Assembly (NCBI GenBank): GCA_001642005.1
Contig: LWCA01000233.1
Coordinates: 1 to 37,848 of the forward strand
DNA: 37,848 nt
DNA from: Intoshia linei
Lineage: Eukaryota; Animalia; Orthonectida
Direction: 5' to 3'
Under the pieces are notes generated by a model. That model searched no databases. It was not told the origin of the DNA and saw nothing but the letters and a program-made list of their open reading frames with translations. Position numbers and translations under genes: made by a program. This document shows, one piece after another, positions 1 to 13,326 of this stretch. How positions within the stretch are numbered: the first letter of the stretch is position 1; the number at the start of each line of letters is the position of its first letter.

Positions 1-281
1 AAGTCAATAAAATTAGCATTATCATCGAATTTTTAGTGCTATAAAATGTCGATTCTATTGACAACCTGTCAGTGGTTATTTGATAATGCCTTTAAATTTT
101 AACAGTTTAAAAAATTAATTTTCATTATTAAAAATTAATTTAAAAAAGTTTAACCTTCAAGTTGTTTACAAATCCACATAATCCAATAATTATACAATGC
201 TAGAGTGACCATAATAAAGTTACTATAAACTTTAAAAGTTGTAATTATTTTATCGCTCTACGTGTGAATTCTATCTTTCTA

Positions 282-1767
282 ATGGTAATTCACTGTTTTT
301 GGTTTATGCCCTATTTTATTAGTATTTTTCCTTTATTTAGTTTTTATTTTATTGGTTAAGTTTCTGAAAAACATTGAGAATACAAAAAAATTTAAATTTA
401 AACATTTAATTTTAGTCTCAAATAGTGAAACGTTTCTTACCAATGTTTGATCGAATTTTGGTCAAAAAATTTACACCTTCTTCCAAAACATCTGGAGGTA
501 TAATTATACCTGAAGCAGCACAAGAAAGAGTTCTAAATGCTGTAGTCGTTGAAACCGGTGAAGGCATAAGGAATGAGGTTATCACAATTCATAAATTTTA
601 ATTAAACATTTTAGTAATGTTTCTAAATTATAATTATGTTTTTAGCAAGGAAAATTAATTGATATGACCACAAAAGTAGGCGATGAAGTACTTTTGCCTG
701 AATATGGTGGTACCAAAGTTATATTACAAGATGTAGTAAATCTATTACCTCATTATTATAGTTATGCATCTTATTTTTTAACGAAAGTTGATTTTTTATT
801 TTTTTGAAATGCTTAATAATATTCGTTATAAAATTTTTTAACCTGTACTATATATACTGTATAGTGTAATTTTATGTACTATCACCACACGTCTTAAATT
901 TTTCTGATTCATAAAAATAAAGATTACTTGGAATCGTCGCATCAGTATTTAATACCATTATCCTTAATTAAGTAAAAATTAAAAATTTTAACATATATAT
1001 TATAGATGATGGGCCGGCAACCAATGGCCCACAGAATAATTTTGGTGGATCTTTGAGTAAATACGTAAATTATTTATTTTTTAACTTTTAAACAACATTT
1101 TAAAGTTTTAAAAGTAGTAATTTCTAAAATTGACTCATAATCATTTTAATACTGAATTGTCAAATCGCCCTGGATTTTATTTTGTTGAATATACTAGAAC
1201 CGTTTCTCTTTAATTAAAATTGAAATGTATCTGGTGTAAATTTTCAAAAACGGGGCCCGTGCAATTTTGTGATATAAAAAAGTGGGCCACGAGATTCAAA
1301 AGGTTGCCGAGCCCTGGTATACATTGTATACTATCAAATATAAATGTTGACATTATTATTTACAAAGTTAATGATCTTATTCAACCAGAAAACAATTGTA
1401 GCAGATTTGATTTTAATCATTTAATGAACTCAAACAAAGCTTTCTACAATGTTTTTATTTTTTGTTATGTCCATTACACACATTAGATAGTATGATAAAA
1501 TGTATAAGTTAACACTTAACTTGTTTTTAAGTTTTTTTACATATCTTATATATGAAATTTCTAATGCTACCGTAGTTTGAACCAATTCCGTAATGTCCAA
1601 TAAAATCATCACGGAATTGGTTAAATAATGGCCAAGGTAGCCGAAGATATTATAATTGGCTCATTTTGTTAGTGTTTGGAAGGATTGGCAATCAATGTAT
1701 ATTTTATATTTAGGATCATTACATTTTCAGAGAATCTGATATATTGGGACGATTTGTGTCTAAATAA
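282..1767 (+). CDS. HSPE1: 10 kDa mitochondrial co-chaperonin (HSP10/GroES family), 4 exons
   Basis: Exons 282-284 (ATG only), 416-577, 646-735 and 1714-1767, all GT-AG. They give MSQIVKRFLPMFDRILVKK...SGGIIIPEAAQERVLNAVVVETGEG...KVGDEVLLPEYGGTKVILQDVDHYIFRESDILGRFVSK*, which matches Cpn10 motifs (PLxDR, GGI, LPEYGG, DILG). An ATG-only first exon is also seen in vertebrate HSPE1. Confidence 0.95.
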
Positions 1768-1868
1768 TGTAACAATAAATATTTATCAACGATCTACATA
1801 TGATTTGTCCTAATTTATAGTTCCAGATGTTTTATTATTTGGTCATTTATTTTAATAATATTCTTGAA

Positions 1869-4800
1869 ATGATTATTTTTGTCTTTATATTACTTCAAAC
1901 CTATGGATTTTGTGATTTTAAACGTTTCAAGTCTAATTTTTTGATAGATTGTAAATTTCAGTCGACTGAACATGAATTAATCGAAAATATATTAAATAAT
2001 TACGAGTCTAGTATGCGACCGGTACTGGACCATAGAAAGATACTAAAAGTAAACATTGGTTTTTCGCTTACTCAGTTACTTCAACTGGTATATTGGTAAT
2101 TTGACATTTATTATTTTCCAGAATGAAAAACGCCAATATTTACAAATAAACTCGTGGATTCATTTGGTAAGCAATTTTATTTTTAATTGCATCTCAATAG
2201 AAATGGTTTGATGATTTTCTTAATTGGAATCTTAGTGAATACAATATTTCGTCAATAAATGTGCCCATCAACAATGTTTGGCATCCTGATATAATTTTAT
2301 ATAATAAGTAATTTGCATAATATTGATCATTTTTAATTCAAGTGTCGATGAAACTAAAAATGGCGTTAACATTTTTCCTCTTACAAATGTTATTGTCAAA
2401 TATACAGGTCAAGTAGATTGGTATATTTTTATTTTCGTTTCTATAAAATTTAGGGTGCCATCGGCAATGCTCAAGTCATCATGTATTATTATTATTTCAC
2501 TACATTTTTTGTTTTTTTAAAACAAACAAATGTATTACAGCAGTGTTTCATAACTCTGGTAAATTTCACGAATTTATTGGAATTATCAAAATTTTAGATT
2601 AATGTTAATTTTTTAAAATACTAGCTTGACTGTTATGTATTTCTTTTTAATTGTGATTAATGATAATGCTCATGATTTAAAAAAATATTCAGAATTTTAT
2701 TTTTTATAAAATTTGGTAATTTTTTCCATTTTTCAAATACGGGTCATTTGGTGGTTTGACCCTGAAGACGTAAGTTTCTGATGTTGAGATTTACGACAAT
2801 AGTAATGATGTTAAATTTTCCCAGGATTTATGTTATTTAAATTTCGTTTATTATTCTATTTTTACTATCAATAAACTCGAGATAAGATTTAAGCCTTTGA
2901 TCCAGTTCTGGATATTTTAAAACTTGAACAGATTTCAATTGAACATTAGTTATAGTAGCTTGACTTTTAATTTTCACGGAATTTTTTAAAATATTATTTA
3001 AAGTTCGACTACTTATATTTCTTTTAAATTTTCTAGAGAAAATAGACGCTAAAGAAACACTGCTTATCCTTTAAATTTAATCTTGTGTACTTTTCTTTTT
3101 TTCTTTCCATTTACTGGGATAAAAAATAAAGTTAAATACTTTTCAAAAAATAATTAAAATTAAAAAACTTATTTTTTTCGTTTGCCACCTACAGTAAAAT
3201 TTAAAGGCGAAATTCAGAAATCAGCGAATTTGAGAATACGCGAAAGTGAGAATATTCACTGTATATAGAAAATTTTAAATAGTCAAACTATCTTTAATAT
3301 TAGTTAAAATGCATTAATATTTTGGAAATATCATTTTTTTATACTTGATCACTATTATACCGAAAGATGTTCAAAAAAATAATTTTTCATTTTTTTGAGA
3401 CACCTCAATGTGCATATCTAATAAATTTGTATTAAGAAAATCTATAAGAATGGTCAGACTAAAGGTGTTCCAAAATTTTATAAATTAGGTCTAAATACTG
3501 ATAAAGTTGCGTGTGATAGTTTTATGATAATCGTGAAAAGAAGAAAAAATTTCATACAAAAATGTTCTACAAAAACTAAAATATAACTTTATTTACTGGA
3601 ATGTTACGATTAGATCCTGTAGTTATGTTTTGAGTGGTCCTGTGTTGGTCGTCATGTTTGGTTGTTCATTTTGCACCTTTAAATTTAATTCTATCTCGCT
3701 TACTTATTATTTTATAGATGTTTAAATTTCTTATAATTTTATAAAAATTTTCACTAGAAACAAAAATAAATAAGGTAGAATTGAATTTTCAGATTCTGAC
3801 TCAAACTCAGTATTCTAGCTCTGTCAAGGGCGGACATTTTTATTTTATATAAAAATAAACTCATTTTGTTAACATTTGTGTAAAGAATTTAAAAAAAATT
3901 GTTATCCCATTTTTTTAATTTATTTGTGTATAATATTAAAAATAAAGTAAAAAGAGTCCAATCCTAAAAATTGTAATAAATAGCATAAATTCCAGAAAAA
4001 AAAAATTATAAAAATCTATTGATCATTTTCAATGTGATAATATATATTCAGTACCAATTTAATAAATACTTAAAAATACCAATTATGTATCAATAATTAA
4101 TAGAATCTTTACTTTATAAACATATTTCAGACGAATTTTACCAATATTAGGAAGGATTGTAATAAATATAAAAAAATAATGTACAGTTATTATGAAATTG
4201 TAGGATCAATATTTACATTTTCAATTATTTTATTCGAAATATTTGAAAAATATTAGTTGATAATATATTAAAACTTATTTGTCACCGGGAATGCGTAGAT
4301 TTCTGGGGTTGAAATTTTGTATTTATATCAACTGGAATAAGCTATCAGAATAATTTCCTTTTTTTAATTTTCGGACTGTCAATTATTATTTCACATTTTT
4401 TGTTTTAATAAAATATTTCGGAAAAAAAATAAATAAATACTAAAATGCTTTTTTGACCGTGAAGGCGTCACTGAATCATCAACGTCATTGAAATTTTTTG
4501 TGTGTGTTAACAGGATACAACTGTACTGCCTGTAAATTTTGTTAAATTCTAGGGCTGTTTTCATTAAAAAAAAATGGTAATTTGTAGTTTTGGCCCTGAA
4601 GATATATTTTTTTATATTTTCGAACTCGTTTGATTTTCAAAAAAATGACAATTGGGATTTTTGACCAGTAAGATATGAGTTTGGGAGGTTTAAATTTATT
4701 TTGCTAACGCCACGGAAAAAACTGTAATTGAAATGTAAACTTTATAAAATTCTAAGACTGATAGTTATAGAAATAAACGGTAACACACAAACCAATATTG

Positions 4801-7800
4801 CATAGCATATTATATAAGTAAGGATATAAAATAAATATTATAATTCCTTGAATTTCGACAATAAAAGCTTTGATTTTTAATTTATTAGAAACTTGTAGTT
4901 TTTAGTAAAAAATTTGTAATTAATTAATAATAATTTTTTTTGATTGAACTGTTATATCAATCCCAAAAAAATGCGATTTTTTGAGAATGAAAGTGGGCCT
5001 AGTACAAAAAATGTTGGGAAACATTGTATTAGTGTTTCACTAATTAAAATATCAAGAATGATGACTCAGTATGGGTACAGTTGGTGAATGTCTAAAATGA
5101 TATAGTACTTTTGCAATTGTTGTGGGCAGGCAAGAATTACACTTTTGAATTAAATTTATTTAGCTTTAGTTCATTTTTCGAAAATGACGTGATTTTGTAA
5201 TACTAAAATTGTTCCTTTTTTAATTTTAATATAAATGTAAATTAAGTGTACTGATCATCCATGATATACGTTTTTCAACAAATGTTAAAAACAAGTACAG
5301 ATTAAAAATTGTATGGGGTGTATTATTTTCTCATTTTGATAGCAATTAATATTAGAATAGTATGTTATATCAAATATTTTAGGTCAAATAAACGTTAAAG
5401 ATTTGTAACTTTTTTTATTTTCATTTAATAATTGGCCTAATATTTTAGTCCATTTGATTCACAGGAATGCCATTTAAAATTTGGTTCCTGGTCATATAAC
5501 TCAGATCAAATTGATTTAATTCCAATGGAAACTGATAGTAGTCTAAATAAATATATTAAAAATGGACAATGGGACATTACAGGTAATATTTAGATTAATT
5601 TCAAAATAAAACTTTAAATTATCAAAATGTCGCATTTATTTTTGCAACTGAAATAACTTAATTAATAATCATTTAATTTTTATTTCTGATTTAATTGATA
5701 ACGGGTCGTTAATGTAGGGTCCCTGAATAGCATCCGGATCTATATCAAATTTCATCCGATTCATCTTTTTTATAGTACTAAAAAAATTTTTTTTTATTAT
5801 ATAATTTAACTCAGCTTATGCAACAAAAATTTTATTATAAATTCAATCATTTTATCATAACAAAAATTTTAGGAGTGTCTGCCAAGCGATCAGAAGAACT
5901 CTACAGTTTTATTGAATAAAAGTTTGTTTTATTAATTTTAGTATGCTGTGATACACCGTTCGTTGATGTTACTTATAGGTTATTCAAAGCTTAGTTTTCA
6001 TAACTATAATATATATATATATATAGAATAAAACTAGATCGCAAATCCATGTTTTATATGTTTAATCTTGTTTTTCCGTGTGTTTTATTAATGGTTGTAA
6101 GCGCATGCGGATTTATGTTACCCACTGAATCTGGCGAAAAAATTTCTCTCTGTATAACACTTTTATTGGCTATTACTGTCTATCAATTGCTAATAGCAGA
6201 AGAAATTCCAGCTACATCAGAATATATACCTTTAGTCGGTATTATAAATTATTACATATTAATATGTATGTATCGAATTTTAATGGTAATATTTATATAG
6301 GAAAATTTTTTGGGTTTTCCATTTTGATTTTATCAATTTCCACCATGTGTAATATTGCAACGGTGAAAGTGCATTTTAATGGAACATATGGATATGAAGT
6401 GCCAAATTGGTGTCGAAGTGTCTTGTTTTATAAATTTTCAAAGTATTTGTTCCTCACCAATGCTATTAAAAAATTGGAAAAAGTAATTTAAAGTTGTATT
6501 ATAATATAACTTTATAATTATAAGATTTGCAAGCAATATAAATGACATGTTATAAACCAGAGATGGCAACGAAATTACATGTGGTGTGTTAATATTGAGA
6601 TTTTATTCGAAAATTATTTTCTGGTGTGTATTATAAAAGAAAATGTTACTCAGCCCTCCAATTGAAACAAAATCATACGTATATGTGACAAAATGAGTAA
6701 CATTTTCAGCAAATTTTCAATGGAATGGAAAATGTCTATTTTTTAATTTTTTATAATTTTTAATGGTTTACTCATGGAATCTATTTCTTGATGAGTTTAT
6801 TATTTGTAAATGAATTTTTAAGACGCAGATTTTGTGAATTATGTTAAAAATACGTCAAGTGTGTATTTTTAACACGAAAACACACCTTTTGATATCATTG
6901 TTATAAATCATACATTCTAAGTTAGGATTCCTAACCTAATAAAATTATTTGTTTATCTGCCTGGTTGATATATTTTATTTGAATAACTAAGAGTACTAGA
7001 ATTTGACAAACACATATTTAAATCAGTTTTTTTCCGTGGAGAATGTAAGCAAAATTTCAATCTCAGAAAGTTACACCTTTCTGGTCAAAAACTCCAATTA
7101 TTTTTTTTTTATTTCAATAGACTTAAACAAATATACTCTCTAATACAGAATTTAAAATCAATAATAATAATAGTAAAAAATGTCAATTTCCAAAAGGTTT
7201 ATCTTCACGGTGAAACCACAAATTACCCTTTTTGTAAAAATAAAAATATTCTTAGAATTAAAAAATAATACAGTTAATACACTTATCTCCAAAAATTAAC
7301 ACACAAAAAAATTTTGATATCACAAAGTAACGTCTTAATAATCAAAAATTCACTTTTATAAAACGAGATCAATTTGTACTAATTTAGTTAAATTAATAAA
7401 TAATTATTTTATATAATCATTTCATTAGGGGTACACATTTAAAAACATACTTTTAATAGATGCCTCGTCATATTTTAAGTTCATCTACATATTTAAATTA
7501 TAAAATAAAATATTAAAATAATACAAATAATCAAATTTAATATTTTTAAAAACAATATTGTTGCGTAATTATTTTGGTAACTACGTGAAAGGTGTTTATG
7601 TAATATTTAAATTATTAATTCCTTCAACTTTCATAAAAAAATTTGTGAGAAAGTCGTTAAAAAGTTGGAAAATGTTCAGTGTAATAGCATCCGCCTAATT
7701 AATATATATGTTACAGGCAATTTTCAAGTTTTGACAAGCAACGTGAATAACAATTCAAATTTGAAAATTTGACCTAATTAATTAATGTAATAATACTTTT

Positions 7801-8899
7801 TCAAAATTTTCCAATTATTTTTTATATTTTGAGTTTATTATTTTGTAATTTTATCAGTCTTTCATAATATTCCCAATATTTATCAACACTTAATTTTTTA
7901 ATATACTTGCTTTTATTGCATTCATTTATAAAATCTTCCATTATGATAAAAATGTGATTTAAAAATTTTTTAATATTATGTCGTTATGAGTCCAAGCTTC
8001 AGTTACTAAAGAAAATTAATACATAAATTGAAATTGAATACAACGTTTATAATTTGAATTTTGCCTTTAACATATATATTACAATATTAAATAATTTAAT
8101 GATTTCTAAAAAGAACACTATTGAAGTTGATATTATTTATGTAAAGCTTTATGAAATAATAATTTTATTTTAATGCTTACTTTATTAAGTAAAATTTGCA
8201 AAAAATAAATTTCTTTCTATCTGTAACTATTAAGGTAGAAAAATTGAAATTTTAGTTTTAGAATTTTTTAAAATCTGTATCAGAATCTATATTTTTTTAA
8301 AGTCTTGAAAATAAAAATAATAATATATATTATACTACAATGTATATCAATAATGCACAAGGTGCATTGAACCCATTATAATAAGGATTATGTATTTAAT
8401 TTTAAATTAGAAACGATTACTTTATGAAAAGCACAGTGTTATTGCCGACGTTGATGTACCGCATGTAATATTAATTATATTATATTAACTTTAGCCAGAA
8501 TGTTTTTTGATGAAAATAAAAAGAAAAACTACAATTATTAAAAAAAGTATTCCACATATTGAAATTGATCACCAATATTTTCTTGAAAATTCGCCTACCA
8601 ACGCTGAAACCCTATCAGTATACAAACCACTTAATCGTCGAATCTCCGATGTTAGACATTTGAAAAGAACAAATTCACATTTAATAAACAACAACAATAA
8701 AAAAGTTTCTAATTCAAATGAAAAAAAAATACCAGAAGATTACTTAACTCTTGCACAGATAGAAAATGAAATAATCAACTATGAATGGCGTGTGGTTTCA
8801 ATAATAATGGATAGAATTTTCTTTTTTTTGTTTACATTTGTCAATTTAGTTTTTTCTATAGTTATATTCCGTGTCCAAATTTTTAATCTGTATACTTAA
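1869..8899 (+). CDS. Nicotinic acetylcholine receptor alpha-type subunit (alpha9/alpha10-like, cation-selective Cys-loop channel), ~13 exons
   Basis: Exons ~1869-2087, 2122-2166, 2201-2307, 2343-2420, 2454-2482, 5383-5404, 5449-5582, 5873-5905, 5942-5978, 6027-6238, 6301-6482, 8411-8464 and 8495-8899 splice in frame. Motifs: loop A WHPDIILYN, Cys-loop CQINVKDFPFDSQEC, loop B FGSWSY, loop C YICC, TM1 FNLVFPC, ESGEKISL-TM2 (TVYQLLIAE), TM4 EWRVVSIIMDRIFF. The start (1827 or 1869) and the last few codons are uncertain. Confidence 0.92.
4115..4820 (+). repeat. Dispersed repeat family, copy 1 (unclassified)
   Basis: Colinear similarity with ~11235-12065, e.g. ATGCGTAGATTTCTGGGGTT, TATATCAACTGGAATAAG, CTTTATAAAATTCTAAGAC. 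Boundaries approximate. Confidence 0.8.
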
Positions 8900-9560
8900 T
8901 AAAGATTAAAGTTGATTTGTTTTAGGAGGCAAGTAATAGTATCATTTTACATTTGTTTTCAGATATTTCAAATATCGGTATTAATTTCACTCTCAAAGTC
9001 TACTTTAATCTAAATTTATTTCATTCGATTCAATATCCATTCAATCACATTATATTTTACATTTGGTTTAGAAATTATGACAATTTATATATTTTTTTAT
9101 ATTTAATATTATATAAAATATTATTTATGTCAGTTTTTTTCAACCTTTTTTATGCTAGGCCCCACTTTCACTCTAAAAAAAATTTTTCCCAAAAAAAATT
9201 GATACAAAATAATAGTAAAAAGATATTCAAATCAAAGTAAATTATCCGAAAAAAATTGCATTATTAATTAACTAGCAACAGGAAAGTCGTACCAAATTCA
9301 CGGATATTTGGAAAGATGTAAATCATATGATGTAAATTTTAATGATGATAAATTAGTCGAATGCAAAATGTAGTATAAGTACAATGTCAATTTGACATTC
9401 CTTAATACGACAATGATAAGTACAAATGTAATCATTAGATTCTTATCAATGATAAGTTATCGAAAAATAAATTGTCATGTTTACAAACAAAAATAGTTTA
9501 ATTTGAAATAAAGTAATAATTTAATTAAAAAAGTTAGTTTCATCACGTGCACAATTTATA

Positions 9561-10623
9561 ATGGCTGTTGGAAAAAATAAACGACTTAGTAAAGGTGGAA
9601 AAAAAGGCCAAAAGAAAAAAATGTAATTAATAGCAACAATACCGACATGATATTAACATTTAGTATCGATCCATTTACAAAAAAAGAATGGTACAATGTT
9701 ATGGCACCGGCATATTATACCAACCGAAAAGTAGGTGAAACAATAGTCACTAAGACATGGGGAACAAGTATTATTTTTTATCGTATCATTTTTACATTAT
9801 TTCATCTCAGAAATTGCCTCAAATTCATTAAAAGGACGAGTTTTCGAGATAAATTATGAAGATTTGGTACCAGATCATGCCCTAACATATATCAAGATCA
9901 AACTAGTGGCTGAACACGTTGAGGGGAGAAATGTTTTAACCAATTTTCATGGCATGACACTGACAACTGATAAATACAAATCCATCCCTAAAAAGAGACA
10001 AGTTTTTATTCAGAATTTTAATTCTCGGTAATTTGTATTCATTTAGACATTAGTTGAAGTTTTTGTTAATGTAAAAACAGCTGATGGATACTTGTTGCGT
10101 GTTTTCTGTATTGGTTTAACCAAAAAGCATACAAATGATACCAGCAAAAAGGCATATGCTAAATCTAGTCAGGTAATTTACTAGTTAATTTTTTATAATT
10201 GTTCTATAGGTGAAACGACTGAGAGTGGTAATGAGAGAACATTTATGTAAAGATTTTGCTAAGGCCAGTCTGAGGGGATTAGTCAACTTGATGTATTTAT
10301 TTTTTTACTGTTTTATAGGCAATTGTTTAGTTCACCCGGAAAAACCGAAAGGACTATTCGAAATGCTGCGGCTCAGATATACCCAATGGAGGAAATTTAT
10401 ATTCGCAAAATTAAGGTGTTGAAAAAACCCAAATTTAGCTGTAAGTTTTTTTATTCAATTATGTATATGAAATATAGTGGCTACTTTAATGGATATTCAT
10501 TCTGATAAATATAATCCCGTTGAAACTGCTGATGACGAAATGGGAAGAAAAGTTGACCTTGGTTATGAAAATTTACAAATTGACGGTGATCGATATGAAC
10601 CGCCAATTCAAAGTTATGTATAA
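9561..10623 (+). CDS. RPS3A: 40S ribosomal protein S3a (eS1), 7 exons
   Basis: Exons 9561-9622, 9664-9767, 9811-10001, 10047-10172, 10210-10292, 10331-10440 and 10478-10623. They give [16 protein letters not shown]...DPFTKKEWY...LKGRVFE...LTNFHGM...[15 protein letters not shown]...IYP...[12 protein letters not shown]...YEPPIQSYV*. Confidence 0.97.
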
Positions 10624-11234
10624 ATAAATTTTTCAATTTACAAAAGTTAAGCCGGAACTGAATGTTTAATATCGCTCAATTTTATAAATATTTGGTGTAT
10701 AGAAATACCTACATTAGAAATTGTACAAGTAAAATTCGATAACTCATCTACATGATAAGCTATTTTATATCTTCTTAAATTGTGATTTGCAATAAATAAT
10801 GAGATATTATTTTTGTTGATGTGACATCTAAGTTTATTTTCTTTATCAATTTAAAAATTTTTTTTTATTTGCTGTTCCTATAAAATGTTATTTTCTTATA
10901 CTATGAAGGTATTACTTTTTGATCGAATTTTAGAAATTAAAAGAATACAGGGCCGTAGAGTATGAGAAATGCAATGAAAATAGGGCTTTTGCAGAATAAG
11001 CCCACTAGAATACATTTGAACTTTATTTAAATGTATCATTATTAGGGTGATCGATCACCATATTCAAAGATCAAAAAGTATATTTCACCATTAGGATAAT
11101 TGGTGATGGTGATCACTTTCCATGAAAATTGGTTGAGTATGGACCCGGCCACTCGACATCGGAATTTTTCCTTAAAAAGTTTAAATTAAACTTTATTTTC
11201 ACTAACTATGAAATTAACTTCACTATTATAACAT

Positions 11235-12065
11235 TTATAAACATATTTTAGTCGAATTTTACCAAATCTGCAAAGGATTGTAATAAATATAAAAATGATA
11301 TTAACGAAGTTGTTTTAGTTTCTATGTAAATTTTATTCAAAATTTTTTGAAAATGATAATTTAAAAATTGCGTAGCAATGAAAAAAATTCCGAAGGAATG
11401 AATTATATAGATTTTCACACATATGTCTTTATTGAAAATGTGTAGAGGTTCACTGCACATTTTTTTTTAAATTGTATGACAATATTTTTATTTTAATCGA
11501 AATATTTGAAAAATATTGGTTCATAAAATATTAAAAATTATTTTTTCATCTGGTATGCGTAGATTTCTGGGGTTTAAAGTTTGTATTTATATCAACTGGA
11601 ATAAGTTCTATCAGAATAATATAGTCTATTAATTTTTGGACTGTTAATTATTTCACAATTATTGTTTTAATAAAATATTTCGAAAATAAAAATATGAATA
11701 TTAAAATGATTTTTTGACCGTGAAATCGTCACTTATTCGGATTGAAATTTTTAATGTGTGCTAACAAGATACAAATGTACCACCTGTAAATTTTTTGAAA
11801 TTATAGGGCTGTTTTCATTAAAAAAAGAAGGGTAATTTGAGGTTTTGGCCCTAAAGATATAATTTTTTTAAATTCTCAACTCGTTTGATTTTCAAAAAGA
11901 GGGAGAATTGGTGTTTTTGACCCGTAAGATGTAAAATTTATCTTATTTACGTCCCGTAAAAAACTGTAATTGAAATGTGGACTTTATAAAATTCTAAGAC
12001 AAGTAGTTATTTAAATAAAGCTGAATACACACACAAACAAAAATTGCGTAGCATATTATATAAGT
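11235..12065 (+). repeat. Dispersed repeat family, copy 2 (unclassified)
   Basis: See copy 1. Partial or inverted copies at ~2690-2780, 7020-7330, 14880-15330, 17560-17770 and 29700-30150. Confidence 0.8.
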
Positions 12066-13326
12066 GTAAATGTGTACATATGTAATACTGAAAGTTTAAA
12101 TATTTAATTGAATACCGACAATAATACATACAGATGAATATATGTATATATGAAACAACAGATAGAGAAAAATGCATCCTTTCAACCAAATCTCATCCGG
12201 AACAACCTGTACTTCATATTATTAATGAGATTCCGATCCACGTCTAAAAACGCCATCAAAATGATTGAACTTTTATACAATACCTCTAACAGTTTCTTCC
12301 GGATACAGTTCACAATTAATAGTCACGATTAAAATTAAAATAAATATAAAAGAATGTATGAATTTCATATTTATTGCAGTATTTTTATATGAATGAATTA
12401 AAATGACTAAAATTATTGGATTAATTTTCTTTATATTATGTTAAATTATAATCTTTATATTGTGATTAATTTGAGTAATATTTGAAAAACCAATAATTTC
12501 TTTATAAGTAATTTTCAAACACTATTTTATAATTTTATATATGAAACTATAAATTAACACTAAAATATAGCTTTTAAATTCTCGTACAATTTCCTTCTTT
12601 TACTCTTGATGGTACTCGATCGCTTATTTTCTTAATTAACAGTCAAATTTACAATAATTTCAACTTTTAATAATTGCACATTAATAGTAATTACTCGTAC
12701 TATTACTTTTAATTGCATACAGATAAGAGTAATGATATAAAATTTATCTTTAGAATAAATGGATATATAATTATCATCAAAGTTTTCATTTCTTGTTACA
12801 TTTAAGATAAATTTGTTTATCAGGATAAAATTGAATTTAACTACAATACATTATGTATATTAAAATAATGTATATAGTCTTTCATTACTTTACTTGTTAA
12901 TTAAATTAAATATGAACTAACAAGAGTATCAATGAGGATAATGTCACTATGAAATCAAATGTTAATTCATGTAATATATAAAAAGTACATTATTGTAGTT
13001 TCATTTCAATGCTTGACGCTTAAATAATTAACGGTATTTTCAATTCTCTAGATATTTCATATAAATCGATATTGACACTGCATAAATAACACCTTAGAGA
13101 AACTTAGGAATTATCTAATAAAAAATATTATTAAATGAAAAACAATACATTAGTCATTAAAACTTAATAAATGTCAAATGTATTTTTATATATCCAGTAC
13201 AATCATAAATGGTTGATGATAGATAATCGTATAGACATGGCCTACTAAAAACAGAATGATTCACAATTTTAATCTTGATACTGTTGACGAATTTAATGAT
13301 GATATAACACATGTAACATACAGTAA

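Noticed and set aside
1-281. Head-to-head HSP60 gene expected beside HSP10
   Set aside because: The minus-strand frames show no HSP60-like sequence. A short open stretch at 1-89 is unrecognisable, and I could not build a phase-consistent model.
1581-1622. Inverted repeat ACCAATTCCG...CGGAATTGGT in the HSP10 intron as an ncRNA
   Set aside because: No snoRNA boxes or tRNA features; probably a repeat remnant.
6525-6548. Candidate nAChR exon after a 42-nt intron
   Set aside because: It contains an in-frame TGA, while 6482->8411 splices in frame.
8953-12332. Short ORFs at 8953, 11248, 12007 and 12150 (and similar ones at 1220, 1430, 20677, 25514, 26761, 28537, 30683, 32288, 34047, 35324, 35418)
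   Set aside because: Low-complexity F/I/K/N/L/Y-rich translations in introns, repeats or antisense to real exons, with no motifs.
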